This document shows positions 9,725 to 20,070 of a stretch of 64,000 nt of DNA, in pieces. The DNA is taken from NCBI GenBank assembly GCA_947591055.1, contig CANQCW010000001.1, positions 1,975 to 65,974 of the forward strand, written 5' to 3'. The stretch is from an uncultured Clostridia bacterium (GTDB lineage: Bacteria; Bacillota; Clostridia; TANB77; CAG-508). Position 1 is the stretch's first letter, and the number at the start of each line of letters is the position of its first letter. The position numbers and the translations under genes are program-made. The notes below the pieces were generated by a model. The model did not search any database. It worked only from the letters and a program-made list of their open reading frames with translations, and was not told the DNA's origin.

Positions 9725-11533
9725 TTGAAAATTGATAATATAAAAATTAATTCATATGGAAAATTAAAAGATAAAAATTTAAATTTAGAAAAAATAAATA
9801 TTATTTATGGAAAAAATGAATCAGGAAAATCTACTTTAATAAATTTTATAATAAATTTATTTTATAATATTTCAAAAAATAAAAATGGAAAAAATATTTC
9901 TGATTTTGAAAAATATTTTCCTTGGACTGAAAATGATTTTTCAGGAAAAATAATTTATCAATTAGATAATAATAAAAAATATGAAGTTTTTAGAGATTTT
10001 AATAAAAAAAATCCTCAAATATATGATGAAAATGGAAATGATATAACTAATAATTTTAATATAGATAAAAAAACAGGTAATTTATTTTTTCAAGATCAAG
10101 TAAAAATAGATAAAAATACAATGCTTTCAACAGTAGTTGCATCTCAAAATGAAACTAGAATTGATAATGCTACACAAAATTTATTAATTCAAAAAATTGC
10201 AAATATAGCAGAAAGTGGAGAAGAAGATGTATCATATAAAAATGCTATAAATAAATTAGACAAATTACTATTATCAGAGGTTGGTACATCTAAAAGTCAA
10301 AATAGGCCAATAAATATTTCGATGGAAAACTTAAGTAATTATGAAAAAGAATTAAATGATATAAAAAAATATGAAGAAAATAAATATAAAATAGAAGAAG
10401 ATTACAAAAAAATAAATCAGGAAATTAATGATGCAGAGGAAAATAAAGAAATATATGAGCAAATTGAAAAAATATTAAATAAAAATAAAATAAATGAAGA
10501 ACAAATAAATATAAAGAAAAAAATATTAGAAGAAAATAAAATAAAAATAGAAAAAATAAAAGAAAATAATTCAAAAATTGAGAAAAAGAAAATAAATAAA
10601 ATAAATTATATAATTTTAGCATTAATTTTAATAATTAATATATTAAATTTTATATTTATTAAAAATAAAATAATTAATATTTTAATATTTTTATTAATTC
10701 CAATTTATATTTTTGGAATTATGCTAAAAAATAAAATAAAAAATAAAAATAATAATTTAAAAAATATAAAAATTCAAATAGAAACTTTAGAAAATTCTAA
10801 TAAAGAATTAAATAATGAAATAATAGAATTAGAAGAAAATATAAAAAAAGAAAATATAGAAGAAAAAAATAAATTAATTAATATTTATGGAAATAAAATA
10901 GAAGATTTATTTAATAAAGATATATTATTTAATTTAATTGAAAAAAATAAAAATAATTTAAATTCATTAATATTGGAATTACATAAATTAAAATTAGATT
11001 TGGATAATATAGAACCTAAATTAGAAAAAATATCTGATTTAGAAGAAAAAATTTATTTTGAAAAAGAAAATTTAACTAAATTAGAAAATAAATCAAAAAT
11101 ATTTGAAATAACTAAAGAATTAATTGAAAATTCATATTTGGAAATGAAAAATAATATAACACCAAAATTTAATAAAAATTTATCAAAATATATTGAAAAA
11201 ATATCTAATGGAAAATATAAAAAAATAATTTTAAATGATGATATTTTTGTAGAATTAGAAAATGGTAGTCGAATATCAATAGAAATGCTAAGTAAAGGAA
11301 CAATTGAACAAATTTATTTAGCACTTAGATTATCAGTAATAGATGAAATTTCTTCTGAAAAATTACCAATTATACTTGATGAAACATTTGCTTATTATGA
11401 TAATGAAAGACTAGAAGAAACGTTAAAATTTTTATCACAGATAGATAATCAAATTATATTATGCACTTGCACAGATAGAGAAAAAGAATTATTAAATAAA
11501 TTAAATATTAGATATAATTTAATTAATTTATAA
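9725..11533 (+). CDS. AAA ATPase, SbcC-like (YhaN-type) with central hydrophobic segments and coiled coils
   Basis: Walker A GKNESGKST near the N-terminus. Long coiled-coil K/E/N-rich core with two predicted TM helices. C-terminal ABC-signature-like LSKGTIEQIYLALRL and Walker B ILDETFAYYD. Start moved to the TTG at 9725, 8 nt after a GGAGG RBS; the ORF-track start at 9710 overlaps that RBS. Confidence 0.6.
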   Translation: MKIDNIKINSYGKLKDKNLNLEKINIIYGKNESGKSTLINFIINLFYNISKNKNGKNISDFEKYFPWTENDFSGKIIYQLDNNKKYEVFRDFNKKNPQIYDENGNDITNNFNIDKKTGNLFFQDQVKIDKNTMLSTVVASQNETRIDNATQNLLIQKIANIAESGEEDVSYKNAINKLDKLLLSEVGTSKSQNRPINISMENLSNYEKELNDIKKYEENKYKIEEDYKKINQEINDAEENKEIYEQIEKILNKNKINEEQINIKKKILEENKIKIEKIKENNSKIEKKKINKINYIILALILIINILNFIFIKNKIINILIFLLIPIYIFGIMLKNKIKNKNNNLKNIKIQIETLENSNKELNNEIIELEENIKKENIEEKNKLINIYGNKIEDLFNKDILFNLIEKNKNNLNSLILELHKLKLDLDNIEPKLEKISDLEEKIYFEKENLTKLENKSKIFEITKELIENSYLEMKNNITPKFNKNLSKYIEKISNGKYKKIILNDDIFVELENGSRISIEMLSKGTIEQIYLALRLSVIDEISSEKLPIILDETFAYYDNERLEETLKFLSQIDNQIILCTCTDREKELLNKLNIRYNLINL

Positions 11534-11680
11534 AATTAATTAATTATAAATAAGAATTAATTAATAATTTAAATTAATATAAAATAATAAAAAAATAATA
11601 AAAATTAATTAAAATAATAAAATTTAATTAAAAAATAATAAAAATAAATAAAAAATAATTAAATTTAATTAAAAAATAAA

Positions 11681-11708
11681 AAATCACATTAATTATGTGA
11701 TTTTTTTA
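11681..11708. terminator. Bidirectional hairpin between the convergent yhaN-like and CDF genes
   Basis: AAATCACAT-taat-TATGTGATTT followed by a T-run. It overlaps the stop codon of the minus-strand CDF gene. Confidence 0.45.
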
Positions 11709-12588
11709 ATTTTTCGGGAGCATCTATAATAATAGGATTTACATGAATTATTGATAAATAAACAAAATCAAGCTTATTTAATTCTTTTTCTAATTTATCT
11801 GCTATTTTATGACTTTCAAATGTAGACATATTTCCATCAACAAATATAGTAACAAAAATTAAATATTTATAACCAACAGGAGAAGAATTAAAATGATTTA
11901 TTTGCATTATTTCTGGATATTTTTCAATAATTTCTAAAATAATATTTTTATGTTTTTCATCTATAGATTTATCCATAAGAACATTGTAACTTTCTATAAA
12001 AATTTGTGCTCCTGTATAACATATCCATATAGATATTGCGATTCCTATTAAACTATCAAACCAATAAATATGTAATAATCCTAAAAGTGCTGAAATTAGT
12101 GTAAAAGTCGTAATAATGCAATCATTTCTATGATCCTTTAAATTAGATATAATTAATAGACTAGGATTTATTTTTGATAATGATTTAGTATAAAAATATA
12201 GGCTTAACTTAGTTATAATAGTGATTATACATACAACTACTAATGTCCAAGAAAAAGTGAAAGTTTCCCCAGTTATCAATGATTTAAAGGAATTAATTAA
12301 AAAATTAATTGAAACGATAATCATGGAAATACTAATTAAAAAGGAAAAAAGATATTCAGCCTTTCCATGACCCATATTATGATCATCATCAAAAGGTTTA
12401 TTGGCAATTTTTCCACCTATATAAGTCATAAGTGATGCAAATATATCACTGGCACTATTTGCAGCATCTGCAATCATAGAATGACTGTGACTTATAAAAC
12501 CTATAATTCCTTTTATAATAAGTAAAAATAAATTTCCTAAAATACCAAGTATTCCAGCCAATTTAGCTGAAGTAAATCTATTCATATT
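11689..12588 (-). CDS. Cation diffusion facilitator (CDF) family metal efflux transporter
   Basis: N-terminal TM bundle with HSHSMIADAANSASD and DDDHNMGHGKAEY motifs, plus a C-terminal cytoplasmic domain. Start taken at the internal Met (MNRFTSAKLAG..). Confidence 0.85.
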   Translation of the reverse strand, partial: NMNRFTSAKLAGILGILGNLFLLIIKGIIGFISHSHSMIADAANSASDIFASLMTYIGGKIANKPFDDDHNMGHGKAEYLFSFLISISMIIVSINFLINSFKSLITGETFTFSWTLVVVCIITIITKLSLYFYTKSLSKINPSLLIISNLKDHRNDCIITTFTLISALLGLLHIYWFDSLIGIAISIWICYTGAQIFIESYNVLMDKSIDEKHKNIILEIIEKYPEIMQINHFNSSPVGYKYLIFVTIFVDGNMSTFESHKIADKLEKELNKLDFVYLSIIHVNPIIIDAPEKLKKSHN

Positions 12589-12750
12589 ATTTTCTCGTAT
12601 AATGAATATATAGAAAACATTATACATATCCTTTCTTTAAAATTGTACATAAAATGCAAATAACTGTATATTTAACAATATTAGATAAATATGTATTTTA
12701 TAACATAGAATTTAGTATAACATATAAATTATACAATAGACAATATATAC

Positions 12751-12779
12751 TTGAAAGATTAAAGAAAATATTATATAAT
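12751..12779 (+). promoter_or_regulatory. Candidate sigma-A promoter TTGAAA-17-TATAAT for prfA
   Basis: TTGAAA at 12751-12756, a 17-nt spacer, and TATAAT at 12774-12779. Confidence 0.45.
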
Positions 12780-12813
12780 AGTAAAGTAATTTTATAAGGA
12801 GATTAATTTATTT

Positions 12814-13875
12814 ATGTTTGATAATTTAGAAGAGATAGAAAAGAAATATATTGATTTAACAGAAAAAATCAGTGATCCAGAGGTAATTTCAAATCAAAAT
12901 GAGTGGCGCAAAATGATGAAGGAACATGCCAATATTGAGCCTATTGTAGAAAAGTATAGGGAGTACAAAAATACACAAAAAAATCTAGAAGAAGCTAAGG
13001 AAATGATGAACGATAAAGAATTAAAAGATTTAGCTGAAGAAGAAATGTTAAGTGCTAAAGAAAGGCTTCCTAAACTAGAAGAAGAGCTAAAAATGCTTTT
13101 AATTCCAAAAGATCCAGATGATGACAAAAACGTTATTTGTGAAATTAGAGCAGGAGCAGGTGGAGAAGAAGCAGCACTTTTTGCTAGTACCTTATTTAGG
13201 ATGTATTCTATGTACTGTGATTTAAAAAATTGGAAACTAGAAGTATTAAATGAAAACTCTACGGAACTAGGAGGTATAAAGGAAATTTCATTTATTGTTA
13301 AAGGTGATGGAGCATATAGCAGACTTAAATTTGAAAGTGGTGTTCATAGAGTACAAAGAGTTCCTGAAACTGAAGCAAGTGGTAGAATTCATACATCAAC
13401 AGCATCAGTTGCAGTTCTTCCAGAAGTTGAAGATGTAGATATTGAAATAAATCCAGCAGATATTAGGATGGAAGTTTTTAGAGCATCAGGTGCAGGAGGA
13501 CAACATGTTAACAAAACATCATCAGCCGTAAGATTAATTCATGTTCCAACTGGAATAGTAGCAGAGTGTCAAACAGAAAGATCACAAGTACAAAATAGAG
13601 AATATGCAATGAAACTATTAATGTCAAGGCTCTACGAAATTGAAAAGACTAAAAGAGATAGTGAAATAGAAAGTGAAAGAAGAAGCCAGATAGGAAATGC
13701 AGATAGAAGTGAGAAAATTAGAACTTATAACTATCCACAAGGAAGAATAACTGATCATAGAATTGGACTTAGTATTTATCAAATGGAAAGCTTTTTAAAT
13801 GGTAATCTTGATGCAATGATAGACAATTTAATTGCAGCAGATACAGCGCAAAAGCTTCAAAGTAGTGAAGAATAA
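12814..13875 (+). CDS. prfA: Peptide chain release factor 1
   Basis: 353 aa with GGQ motif [19 protein letters not shown] and RF1-type domain 2/4. No frameshift, so this is RF1, not RF2. Confidence 0.9.
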   Translation: MFDNLEEIEKKYIDLTEKISDPEVISNQNEWRKMMKEHANIEPIVEKYREYKNTQKNLEEAKEMMNDKELKDLAEEEMLSAKERLPKLEEELKMLLIPKDPDDDKNVICEIRAGAGGEEAALFASTLFRMYSMYCDLKNWKLEVLNENSTELGGIKEISFIVKGDGAYSRLKFESGVHRVQRVPETEASGRIHTSTASVAVLPEVEDVDIEINPADIRMEVFRASGAGGQHVNKTSSAVRLIHVPTGIVAECQTERSQVQNREYAMKLLMSRLYEIEKTKRDSEIESERRSQIGNADRSEKIRTYNYPQGRITDHRIGLSIYQMESFLNGNLDAMIDNLIAADTAQKLQSSEE

Positions 13876-13882
13876 TAATAAA

Positions 13883-13919
13883 ATAGAACTTAAATTATTT
13901 TTAAGTTCTATTTTTTTTC
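13883..13919 (+). terminator. Rho-independent terminator after prfA
   Basis: ATAGAACTTAA-attattt-TTAAGTTCTAT followed by T8. Confidence 0.7.
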
Positions 13920-13964
13920 TGTTGTAATAAGCTTTAATAGATTAATAAATAGGGGATAAATATT

Positions 13965-14702
13965 ATGTTACAAATATCTTTACTTGGTTTGTTTTTTGGA
14001 ACAATAGGTACTACGCTTGGTGGAATTATAGGAATTTTTACAAAAAGAAATTCAAATAAATTTTTAAGTTTTGTACTGGCATTTGCATCTGGTTTAATGC
14101 TTGCAGTTGTATGTTTTGACCTTATTCCTGAAGCTTTAGAATTAACTTCAATTTTTACAGTTCTTTTAGGTATTGTACTGGGTATTATAACAATGATTGG
14201 ATGCGACATTTTAGTAAATAAGAAATTTAATATTGATAAAACTAATACAAAAAATATGAGTTTAGTAAAAACAGGAATTATTGTAAGTATTGGACTCGCA
14301 CTTCATAATATACCAGAAGGATTAGCTATTGGCTCAGGATTTGAAGCTTCAGATGCATTAGGATTTTCACTTGCTATTGCAATAGCACTGCATGATGTAC
14401 CAGAAGGCCTAAGTATGGCAATACCAATGAAAAGTGGAGGTATGAATCCATTTAAAATAATGTTTTACGTTATTTTGTCTGGAATCGCTACGGGTTTAGG
14501 AGCTTTAATGGGAGCAATTGTTGGAAATATATCAGTAAATGTAATTGCTATATGTCTTTCTTTTGCAGCAGGGGCAATGCTTTACATTGTATCAGGTGAA
14601 CTAGTACCAGAATCTAATCAATTATACCAAGGAAGGATGACTTCCATAGGCAATATGTTAGGTTTTTTAATTGGCTTATTTGCAATGATTATAAATGGAT
14701 AG
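13965..14702 (+). CDS. ZIP family zinc/metal transporter (ZupT-like)
   Basis: Paired HNIPEGLAIG and HDVPEGLSMA metal-binding motifs. About 8 TM segments. Confidence 0.85.
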   Translation: MLQISLLGLFFGTIGTTLGGIIGIFTKRNSNKFLSFVLAFASGLMLAVVCFDLIPEALELTSIFTVLLGIVLGIITMIGCDILVNKKFNIDKTNTKNMSLVKTGIIVSIGLALHNIPEGLAIGSGFEASDALGFSLAIAIALHDVPEGLSMAIPMKSGGMNPFKIMFYVILSGIATGLGALMGAIVGNISVNVIAICLSFAAGAMLYIVSGELVPESNQLYQGRMTSIGNMLGFLIGLFAMIING

Positions 14703-14857
14703 TATTAAAGTTTCAAAGTAAATTTTTTCTTATATGAATAAAAAAAGCTATAAGATACTTGAATTAATTTTTAAAATATAGTAAAATCTATACGAACAAA
14801 AGTTTTATAACTTTACATATTTAATGAACATATAACTATGGGAAAGTGAGAAAATAG

Positions 14858-17146
14858 ATGCAAAATATATTACAAGAACTAAATGATAAACAAAAAGAAG
14901 CTATACAAAATACAGATGGACCATGCTTAATTATTGCAGGAGCAGGAAGTGGAAAGACTAAGGTATTAACATATAAAATAGCTTATCTAATTCAAGAAAT
15001 GGGTATAAAACCATGGAATATACTTGCAATTACATTTACTAATAAAGCAGCAGAAGAAATGAGGCAGAGAGCAGAAAAATTAATTGGTGAGAATATTAAT
15101 GATTTATGGCTTGGAACTTTTCACTCAATTTGTGTGAGAATTTTAAGAAAATTCATTGATAGATTAGGCTATGACACATCTTTTGTAATTTTTGATACAT
15201 CAGATCAAAAGACATTAGTAAAGAACTGTATGAAGGAGCTTAATATAGATACAAAATTACTTACGGAAAAGTCTGTTTTAAATGCAATTAGTAATGCAAA
15301 AAATGAAATGCTTGAACCTGAGCAATACAGCCTAAAATATGCTGGAGACTTTAGAAAAGAGACAATAGGAAAAGTATATACCTTATACCAAAAAAGATTA
15401 AAAGATAATAATGCAGTTGATTTTGATGATATTATTAATTTTACTATAAAAATATTAATGGAAAATCCAGATATTTTAGATTATTATTCAACAAAATTTA
15501 GATATATATTAGTAGATGAATATCAAGATACCAATAAGGCTCAATTTACATTAATTACACTTTTAGCTTCAAAATATGGTAATATAACAGTTGTTGGTGA
15601 TAATGATCAAGGTATATATGGTTTTAGAGGAGCTGATATAGCTAATATTTTAAATTTTGAAAAAGATTTCCCAGGTACTAATATAATAAAACTAGAACAA
15701 AATTATCGTTGCACAGGAAATATTTTAAAAGTTGCAAATGCAGTAATTAAACATAATCAAAATAAATACGAAAAAAAGCTATGGACAGAAAATGATGAAG
15801 GCACACTTCCGTATATATTTTGTGGAAAAGATGAGTATTCAGAAGCTGAATTTTTAATTGAAAATATAAATAGATTAAAAAGAGAAGAATATTTTAAATA
15901 TTCTGATTTTGCAATTCTTTATAGGATGAATTCGCAGTCAAGAGCAATAGAAGATAAACTAAGAATAGAAAATATTCCATACAAAATAATAGGTGGATTA
16001 AAATTCTATGAAAGAAAAGAAATAAAAGATGCAATAGCCTATTTAAGGTTAATATCTAATCAATCAGATAATTTTGCATTAGAAAGAATTATAAATGAAC
16101 CAAAAAGGGGAGTAGGCAAAACTAGCCTTGATAACATAAGAAATATTGCAATACAAAACAATATATCAATGTATGAAGTAATTAAAAATGCAAGTGATTT
16201 TATACCTAGAATATATGAAAATACTAGACAATTTGTTGAGGTTATAGAAGAATTAAAATCTACGGAGTGCACAATTTCAGAGTTAATAATGCAGGTTTTA
16301 AATAAATCAGGATATATTCAAGCACTAAAAGATGAAAATACAATAGAAGCAGAAACAAGGATACAAAACATTGAAGAATTTGTAACAGTTGCAAATGAAT
16401 TTGAAAATGAATCAGCAGAAAATACATTAACAGAATTTCTAAATGGTATAGCACTTGCTAGTGATACCGATAATTTAGAAAATTCGGATGATGTAGTTAC
16501 TTTAATGACATTACATAGTGCCAAAGGATTAGAATATCCTGCTATATTCTTAGTTGGACTAGAAGAAGGTATATTCCCTGGATATCAATCAATGGACAAT
16601 CCAGAAGATATTGAAGAAGAAAGAAGATTATTTTATGTAGGAGTTACAAGAGCAAAACAATTCTTATTTTTAACTTTTGCAAAAAGAAGAACAATCTTCG
16701 GATCTACAAGTTACAACCCACCTTCAAGATTTTTAAAAGAAATTCCTAAAGAAATATTAGACGGATATGAGAAAGCAATGGAAGAAAAAGATAAAAATGA
16801 GGAATTTGAAAATAGCAATGTTGAGTGGAATTATAAAAATCATTACAATAAAGCGGATTTTAGTAATGTAATAACATATCAAGCTAAAGATTTATCTAAT
16901 AGTACATCTACTAAATTTGGAAGAACAGCTGAAAGCTTTTTAGCATCAATCCAAGCAAAGAAAAATACAGATGTAGATTTAAGCAAATTTAAAGTAGGAC
17001 AAAAAATATATCATAAAAAATTTGGACAAGGTGTAATATCTAAGTTAGAACCAGAAGAAGATGATATAAAGGTTGATATTGATTTTGAAAAAGCAGGTCA
17101 TAAAAGATTAATGGCAAAATTTGCAGGATTAGAAATATTAGAATAA
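14858..17146 (+). CDS. pcrA: ATP-dependent DNA helicase PcrA (UvrD family, SF1)
   Basis: LNDKQKEAIQ..GPCLIIAGAGSGKTKVLT (motif I). DEYQDTN (motif II). VGDNDQGIYGFRGA. Sequence conservation with PcrA throughout. Confidence 0.9.
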   Translation: MQNILQELNDKQKEAIQNTDGPCLIIAGAGSGKTKVLTYKIAYLIQEMGIKPWNILAITFTNKAAEEMRQRAEKLIGENINDLWLGTFHSICVRILRKFIDRLGYDTSFVIFDTSDQKTLVKNCMKELNIDTKLLTEKSVLNAISNAKNEMLEPEQYSLKYAGDFRKETIGKVYTLYQKRLKDNNAVDFDDIINFTIKILMENPDILDYYSTKFRYILVDEYQDTNKAQFTLITLLASKYGNITVVGDNDQGIYGFRGADIANILNFEKDFPGTNIIKLEQNYRCTGNILKVANAVIKHNQNKYEKKLWTENDEGTLPYIFCGKDEYSEAEFLIENINRLKREEYFKYSDFAILYRMNSQSRAIEDKLRIENIPYKIIGGLKFYERKEIKDAIAYLRLISNQSDNFALERIINEPKRGVGKTSLDNIRNIAIQNNISMYEVIKNASDFIPRIYENTRQFVEVIEELKSTECTISELIMQVLNKSGYIQALKDENTIEAETRIQNIEEFVTVANEFENESAENTLTEFLNGIALASDTDNLENSDDVVTLMTLHSAKGLEYPAIFLVGLEEGIFPGYQSMDNPEDIEEERRLFYVGVTRAKQFLFLTFAKRRTIFGSTSYNPPSRFLKEIPKEILDGYEKAMEEKDKNEEFENSNVEWNYKNHYNKADFSNVITYQAKDLSNSTSTKFGRTAESFLASIQAKKNTDVDLSKFKVGQKIYHKKFGQGVISKLEPEEDDIKVDIDFEKAGHKRLMAKFAGLEILE

Positions 17147-17181
17147 AAAAGTTATTAAAACGAAAAATTGGACAGTAAAAA

Positions 17182-17210
17182 AATGAGTGAAAAATTTTCA
17201 CTCATTTTCT
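17182..17210 (+). terminator. Terminator hairpin after pcrA
   Basis: AATGAGTGAAAA/TTTTCACTCATT inverted repeat followed by TTTCT. Confidence 0.55.
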
Positions 17211-17253
17211 ATAACTCCTTTATTGTATCAATCATAAGAGAAAAAATAAATTT

Positions 17254-17874
17254 TTAATTATGATTAATAAAATTATTTTGACAAATTTCAATAGCATTAT
17301 GTTTTATAATTAATTTTCCTTTTTCTTTTAATAAACAAATAAATAAATCTTTACTTGAATAAAATCTACAAAATTCTGTAATAGAACTATAAAATTTTCC
17401 AATATTACTGAAATTTTCATTTATTTTATAAATAGATAGATAATAATTATTGTTATATAAATATAATTCAATTTTTTTAGCAAAATTATTTAAATTATAT
17501 AAATCTATTTTTGTAGCAAATTCACAAAAATTACAAAAATCATCAAAATTATCGAATTTATAAATTGCATAATTTGAATTAAATTCTTTAATAATCTTTT
17601 TAGGTTTTGCAGATTTTATATTTTTTTTCATTTTTACAAGTCTAGTTACAGTAAAAACGAAATTTCCATTTTTCAATGCAGAAGCATCAATTTTTATCTT
17701 ATAATCTCTAGTATTAAATCCTACTTCGTCATAAGCTTTTTCTAAAATCTCTAAAAAAGTATGTTTTGCATCAGAAGAATCAGAAACAAAATCATCAAAA
17801 CTTTGGCTGTTTGGTAATTCATCATTTGATAAAATAATTTTCAATTTGTTTTCACTAAGTTTTTGAAATTTCAT
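17254..17874 (-). CDS. mecA: Adaptor protein MecA-like
   Basis: 206 aa. N-terminus MKFQKLSENKLKIILSNDEL and ..FLEILEKAYDEVGF resemble the MecA N-domain. Size matches MecA. Confidence 0.5.
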   Translation of the reverse strand: MKFQKLSENKLKIILSNDELPNSQSFDDFVSDSSDAKHTFLEILEKAYDEVGFNTRDYKIKIDASALKNGNFVFTVTRLVKMKKNIKSAKPKKIIKEFNSNYAIYKFDNFDDFCNFCEFATKIDLYNLNNFAKKIELYLYNNNYYLSIYKINENFSNIGKFYSSITEFCRFYSSKDLFICLLKEKGKLIIKHNAIEICQNNFINHN

Positions 17875-18019
17875 TATGACCTCCTTGTACAGAACACTAT
17901 AACATATTAATTTGAAAAAAGGAAGACTTTTTATAAAAATAACTTGAAAAAAAAACCAAATACATATATAATACGTTTATAAAAAAAACACGTTTCCGTA
18001 AGAAAAAATGGAGGTAAAA

Positions 18020-18277
18020 ATGGCTACAAAAGAAAAAGGAACTTTAGTCTTAATAATATTTATACTATGTGGTATAGTTTTAGGAGGATTAATAGGACAA
18101 CTAACAAAAGATATATCATGGCTTAGTTGGCTAAGTTATGGAAAAGAATTTGGACTAGTAGATCCTATTACATTAGATTTAGGTGTAGTACAATTAACTA
18201 TTGGACTTATGTTTGATATTAATGTATCTAGTATTATAGGAATAGCAATCGCTATATTTATTTATAGAAGGTTCTAG
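18020..18277 (+). CDS. Small membrane protein, DUF4321-like, conserved upstream of radC-mreB
   Basis: Single N-terminal TM (LVLIIFILCGIVLGGLIG). Start at the Met 5 nt after a GGAGG RBS. Confidence 0.45.
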   Translation: MATKEKGTLVLIIFILCGIVLGGLIGQLTKDISWLSWLSYGKEFGLVDPITLDLGVVQLTIGLMFDINVSSIIGIAIAIFIYRRF

Positions 18278-18316
18278 TTAAATAAAGATTAATTTGGGGG
18301 CAGAAAGGATTTTTTT

Positions 18317-19015
18317 ATGCCACTAAAAATTAAAGAATTGCCAAAATGTGAAAGACCATATGAAAAACTCGAAAAATATGGAGAAAAAATGTTATCAAAT
18401 GCAGAATTATTGGCAATAATTATTAAAACAGGAACAAAAGAGGAAAATTCTATTGATATTGCAAATAGAATTCTTTTGATGTCTAATTCACTAAAAGGAC
18501 TGCAAAATCTATCTTTGACGGATTTAAAAAATATAAAGGGAATTGGAAATGTAAAAGCAATTCAACTAAAATCTATCTGTGAACTTGCTAAAAGGATGAG
18601 CAAGGAAAATGATATAATGTTTCAAGTTAAATATCCTAAAGATGTTGCTACATTATTTTACGAAGAATTTAAACTAGAAAAGCAAGAAATATTTAAAATA
18701 ATAATTTTAAATACGAAAAATTATATTACAAAAATAATTGACTTTGCAAAAGGAAAAATTGATTCAATAAATTTAGACATCAAGCAGATACTTCAGGAAG
18801 TAATTAAACAAGATGCAGATAGAATTATAATTGTTCATAATCACCCAAGTGGAGATCCAAATCCAAGCAAAGCAGATATAAATTTTACAAAAAAATTGTA
18901 TAAGGCTTCAGAAACCGTAGGCATTAAGTTGATTGACCATATTGTAATAGGTTTTAATAAATATGAAAGTATATTTTCGAGAAGGGAATTTAAAGATGAA
19001 ATTATTGGACTTTAG
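18317..19015 (+). CDS. radC: RadC-like JAB-domain protein (UPF0758)
   Basis: HhH region plus the JAMM motif HNHPSGDPNPSKAD. Confidence 0.85.
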   Translation: MPLKIKELPKCERPYEKLEKYGEKMLSNAELLAIIIKTGTKEENSIDIANRILLMSNSLKGLQNLSLTDLKNIKGIGNVKAIQLKSICELAKRMSKENDIMFQVKYPKDVATLFYEEFKLEKQEIFKIIILNTKNYITKIIDFAKGKIDSINLDIKQILQEVIKQDADRIIIVHNHPSGDPNPSKADINFTKKLYKASETVGIKLIDHIVIGFNKYESIFSRREFKDEIIGL

Positions 19016-19637
19016 CTCAAAAGATATTGGTATAGATTTAGGAACAGCCAATATTCTAATTACATTAAAAGGTAGAGGTATTGTTTTAAGGGAACCATCT
19101 GTTGTTGCAATAGATGGATCAAATTCAGAAATAGTCGCAACTGGTATGGATGCTAAAGAAATGTTAGGTAGGACCCCAGAAAATATACGTGCTGTACGAC
19201 CAATGAAAGATGGAGTAATAGCTGACTTTACGGCTACAGGCTTAATGCTAAAAAATATGCTTAGAAAAGTTTGCAAAAAATATAATGCAGGAAAACCAAG
19301 AGTTGTTGTAGGAGTTCCATCTGGAATTACAGAAGTAGAGGAAAGAGCTGTACAAGAAGCATTTTTACAAGCAGGAGCTAAAGAAGTATATTTGATAGAT
19401 GAACCTATGGCATCAGCAGTTGGTGCCGGGTTAAATGTGCTAGATCCAAATGGAATTATGATAGTAGATATTGGTGGAGGAACAACAGAAGTTGCGGTAA
19501 TTTCATTAGGAGGAATAGTTGCAAAAACATCTATAAAAGTAGCAGGAAATGCAATAGATGAAGCGATTATCTCTTATTTGAAAAGAAAAGAAAATATAGT
19601 AATTCGGTCAAGCAACTGCAGAAAATTTAAAGATTGA
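18996..19637 (+). CDS. mreB: Rod shape-determining protein MreB, N-terminal 203 codons; reading frame broken by an extra C at 19605
   Basis: MKLLDFSSKDIGIDLGTANILI..DEPMASAVGAG..VDIGGGTTEVAVIS actin-fold motifs. After ..ENIVI the zero frame reads CGG(19605-19607)-SSNCRKFKD-stop. The +1 frame reads GQATAENLKIELGCV straight into ORF 19651. Confidence 0.8.
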   Translation: MKLLDFSSKDIGIDLGTANILITLKGRGIVLREPSVVAIDGSNSEIVATGMDAKEMLGRTPENIRAVRPMKDGVIADFTATGLMLKNMLRKVCKKYNAGKPRVVVGVPSGITEVEERAVQEAFLQAGAKEVYLIDEPMASAVGAGLNVLDPNGIMIVDIGGGTTEVAVISLGGIVAKTSIKVAGNAIDEAIISYLKRKENIVIRSSNCRKFKD

Positions 19638-19650
19638 GCTTGGTTGTGTA

Positions 19651-20028
19651 ATGCCTTTAGTTACAGAAATTACTAAGGAAATAAGAGGAAGAGATATAGA
19701 TGTAGGACTTCCAAGAAATGTTGAAATTTCTTCAAAACAAATTCAAGAAGCAATGGAAAAGCCTGTAAATGAAATAATAGAAGCAATAATAAATACTTTA
19801 TCTGTAACACCACCGGAACTTGCATCAGACATTATGCAAAATGGTATATATATATCAGGAGGAGGAGCATTAATTAGAAATATAGATAATTTAATATCTA
19901 AAAAAACAGGAATAAAAACATTTATTGCAGATTCTCCACTTGATTGTGTAGCAATAGGAACGGGAAAAACATTAGAAAATTTTGAAAAAATGAAAAAAAT
20001 ATTGCTAAATAGAAAAAATATCTTATAA
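19651..20028 (+). CDS. mreB: MreB C-terminal part (continuation of 18996 in the +1 frame; true continuation begins at 19606, not at the ORF-track Met)
   Basis: ISGGGALIRNIDNLISKKTGI..ADSPLDCVAIGTG is the conserved MreB C-terminus. It is contiguous with the upstream fragment if C19605 is skipped. Confidence 0.8.
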   Translation: MPLVTEITKEIRGRDIDVGLPRNVEISSKQIQEAMEKPVNEIIEAIINTLSVTPPELASDIMQNGIYISGGGALIRNIDNLISKKTGIKTFIADSPLDCVAIGTGKTLENFEKMKKILLNRKNIL

Positions 20029-20070
20029 AATAAGATTTAATTTATAGAAATATAAGAAAAAGGAGGCATA

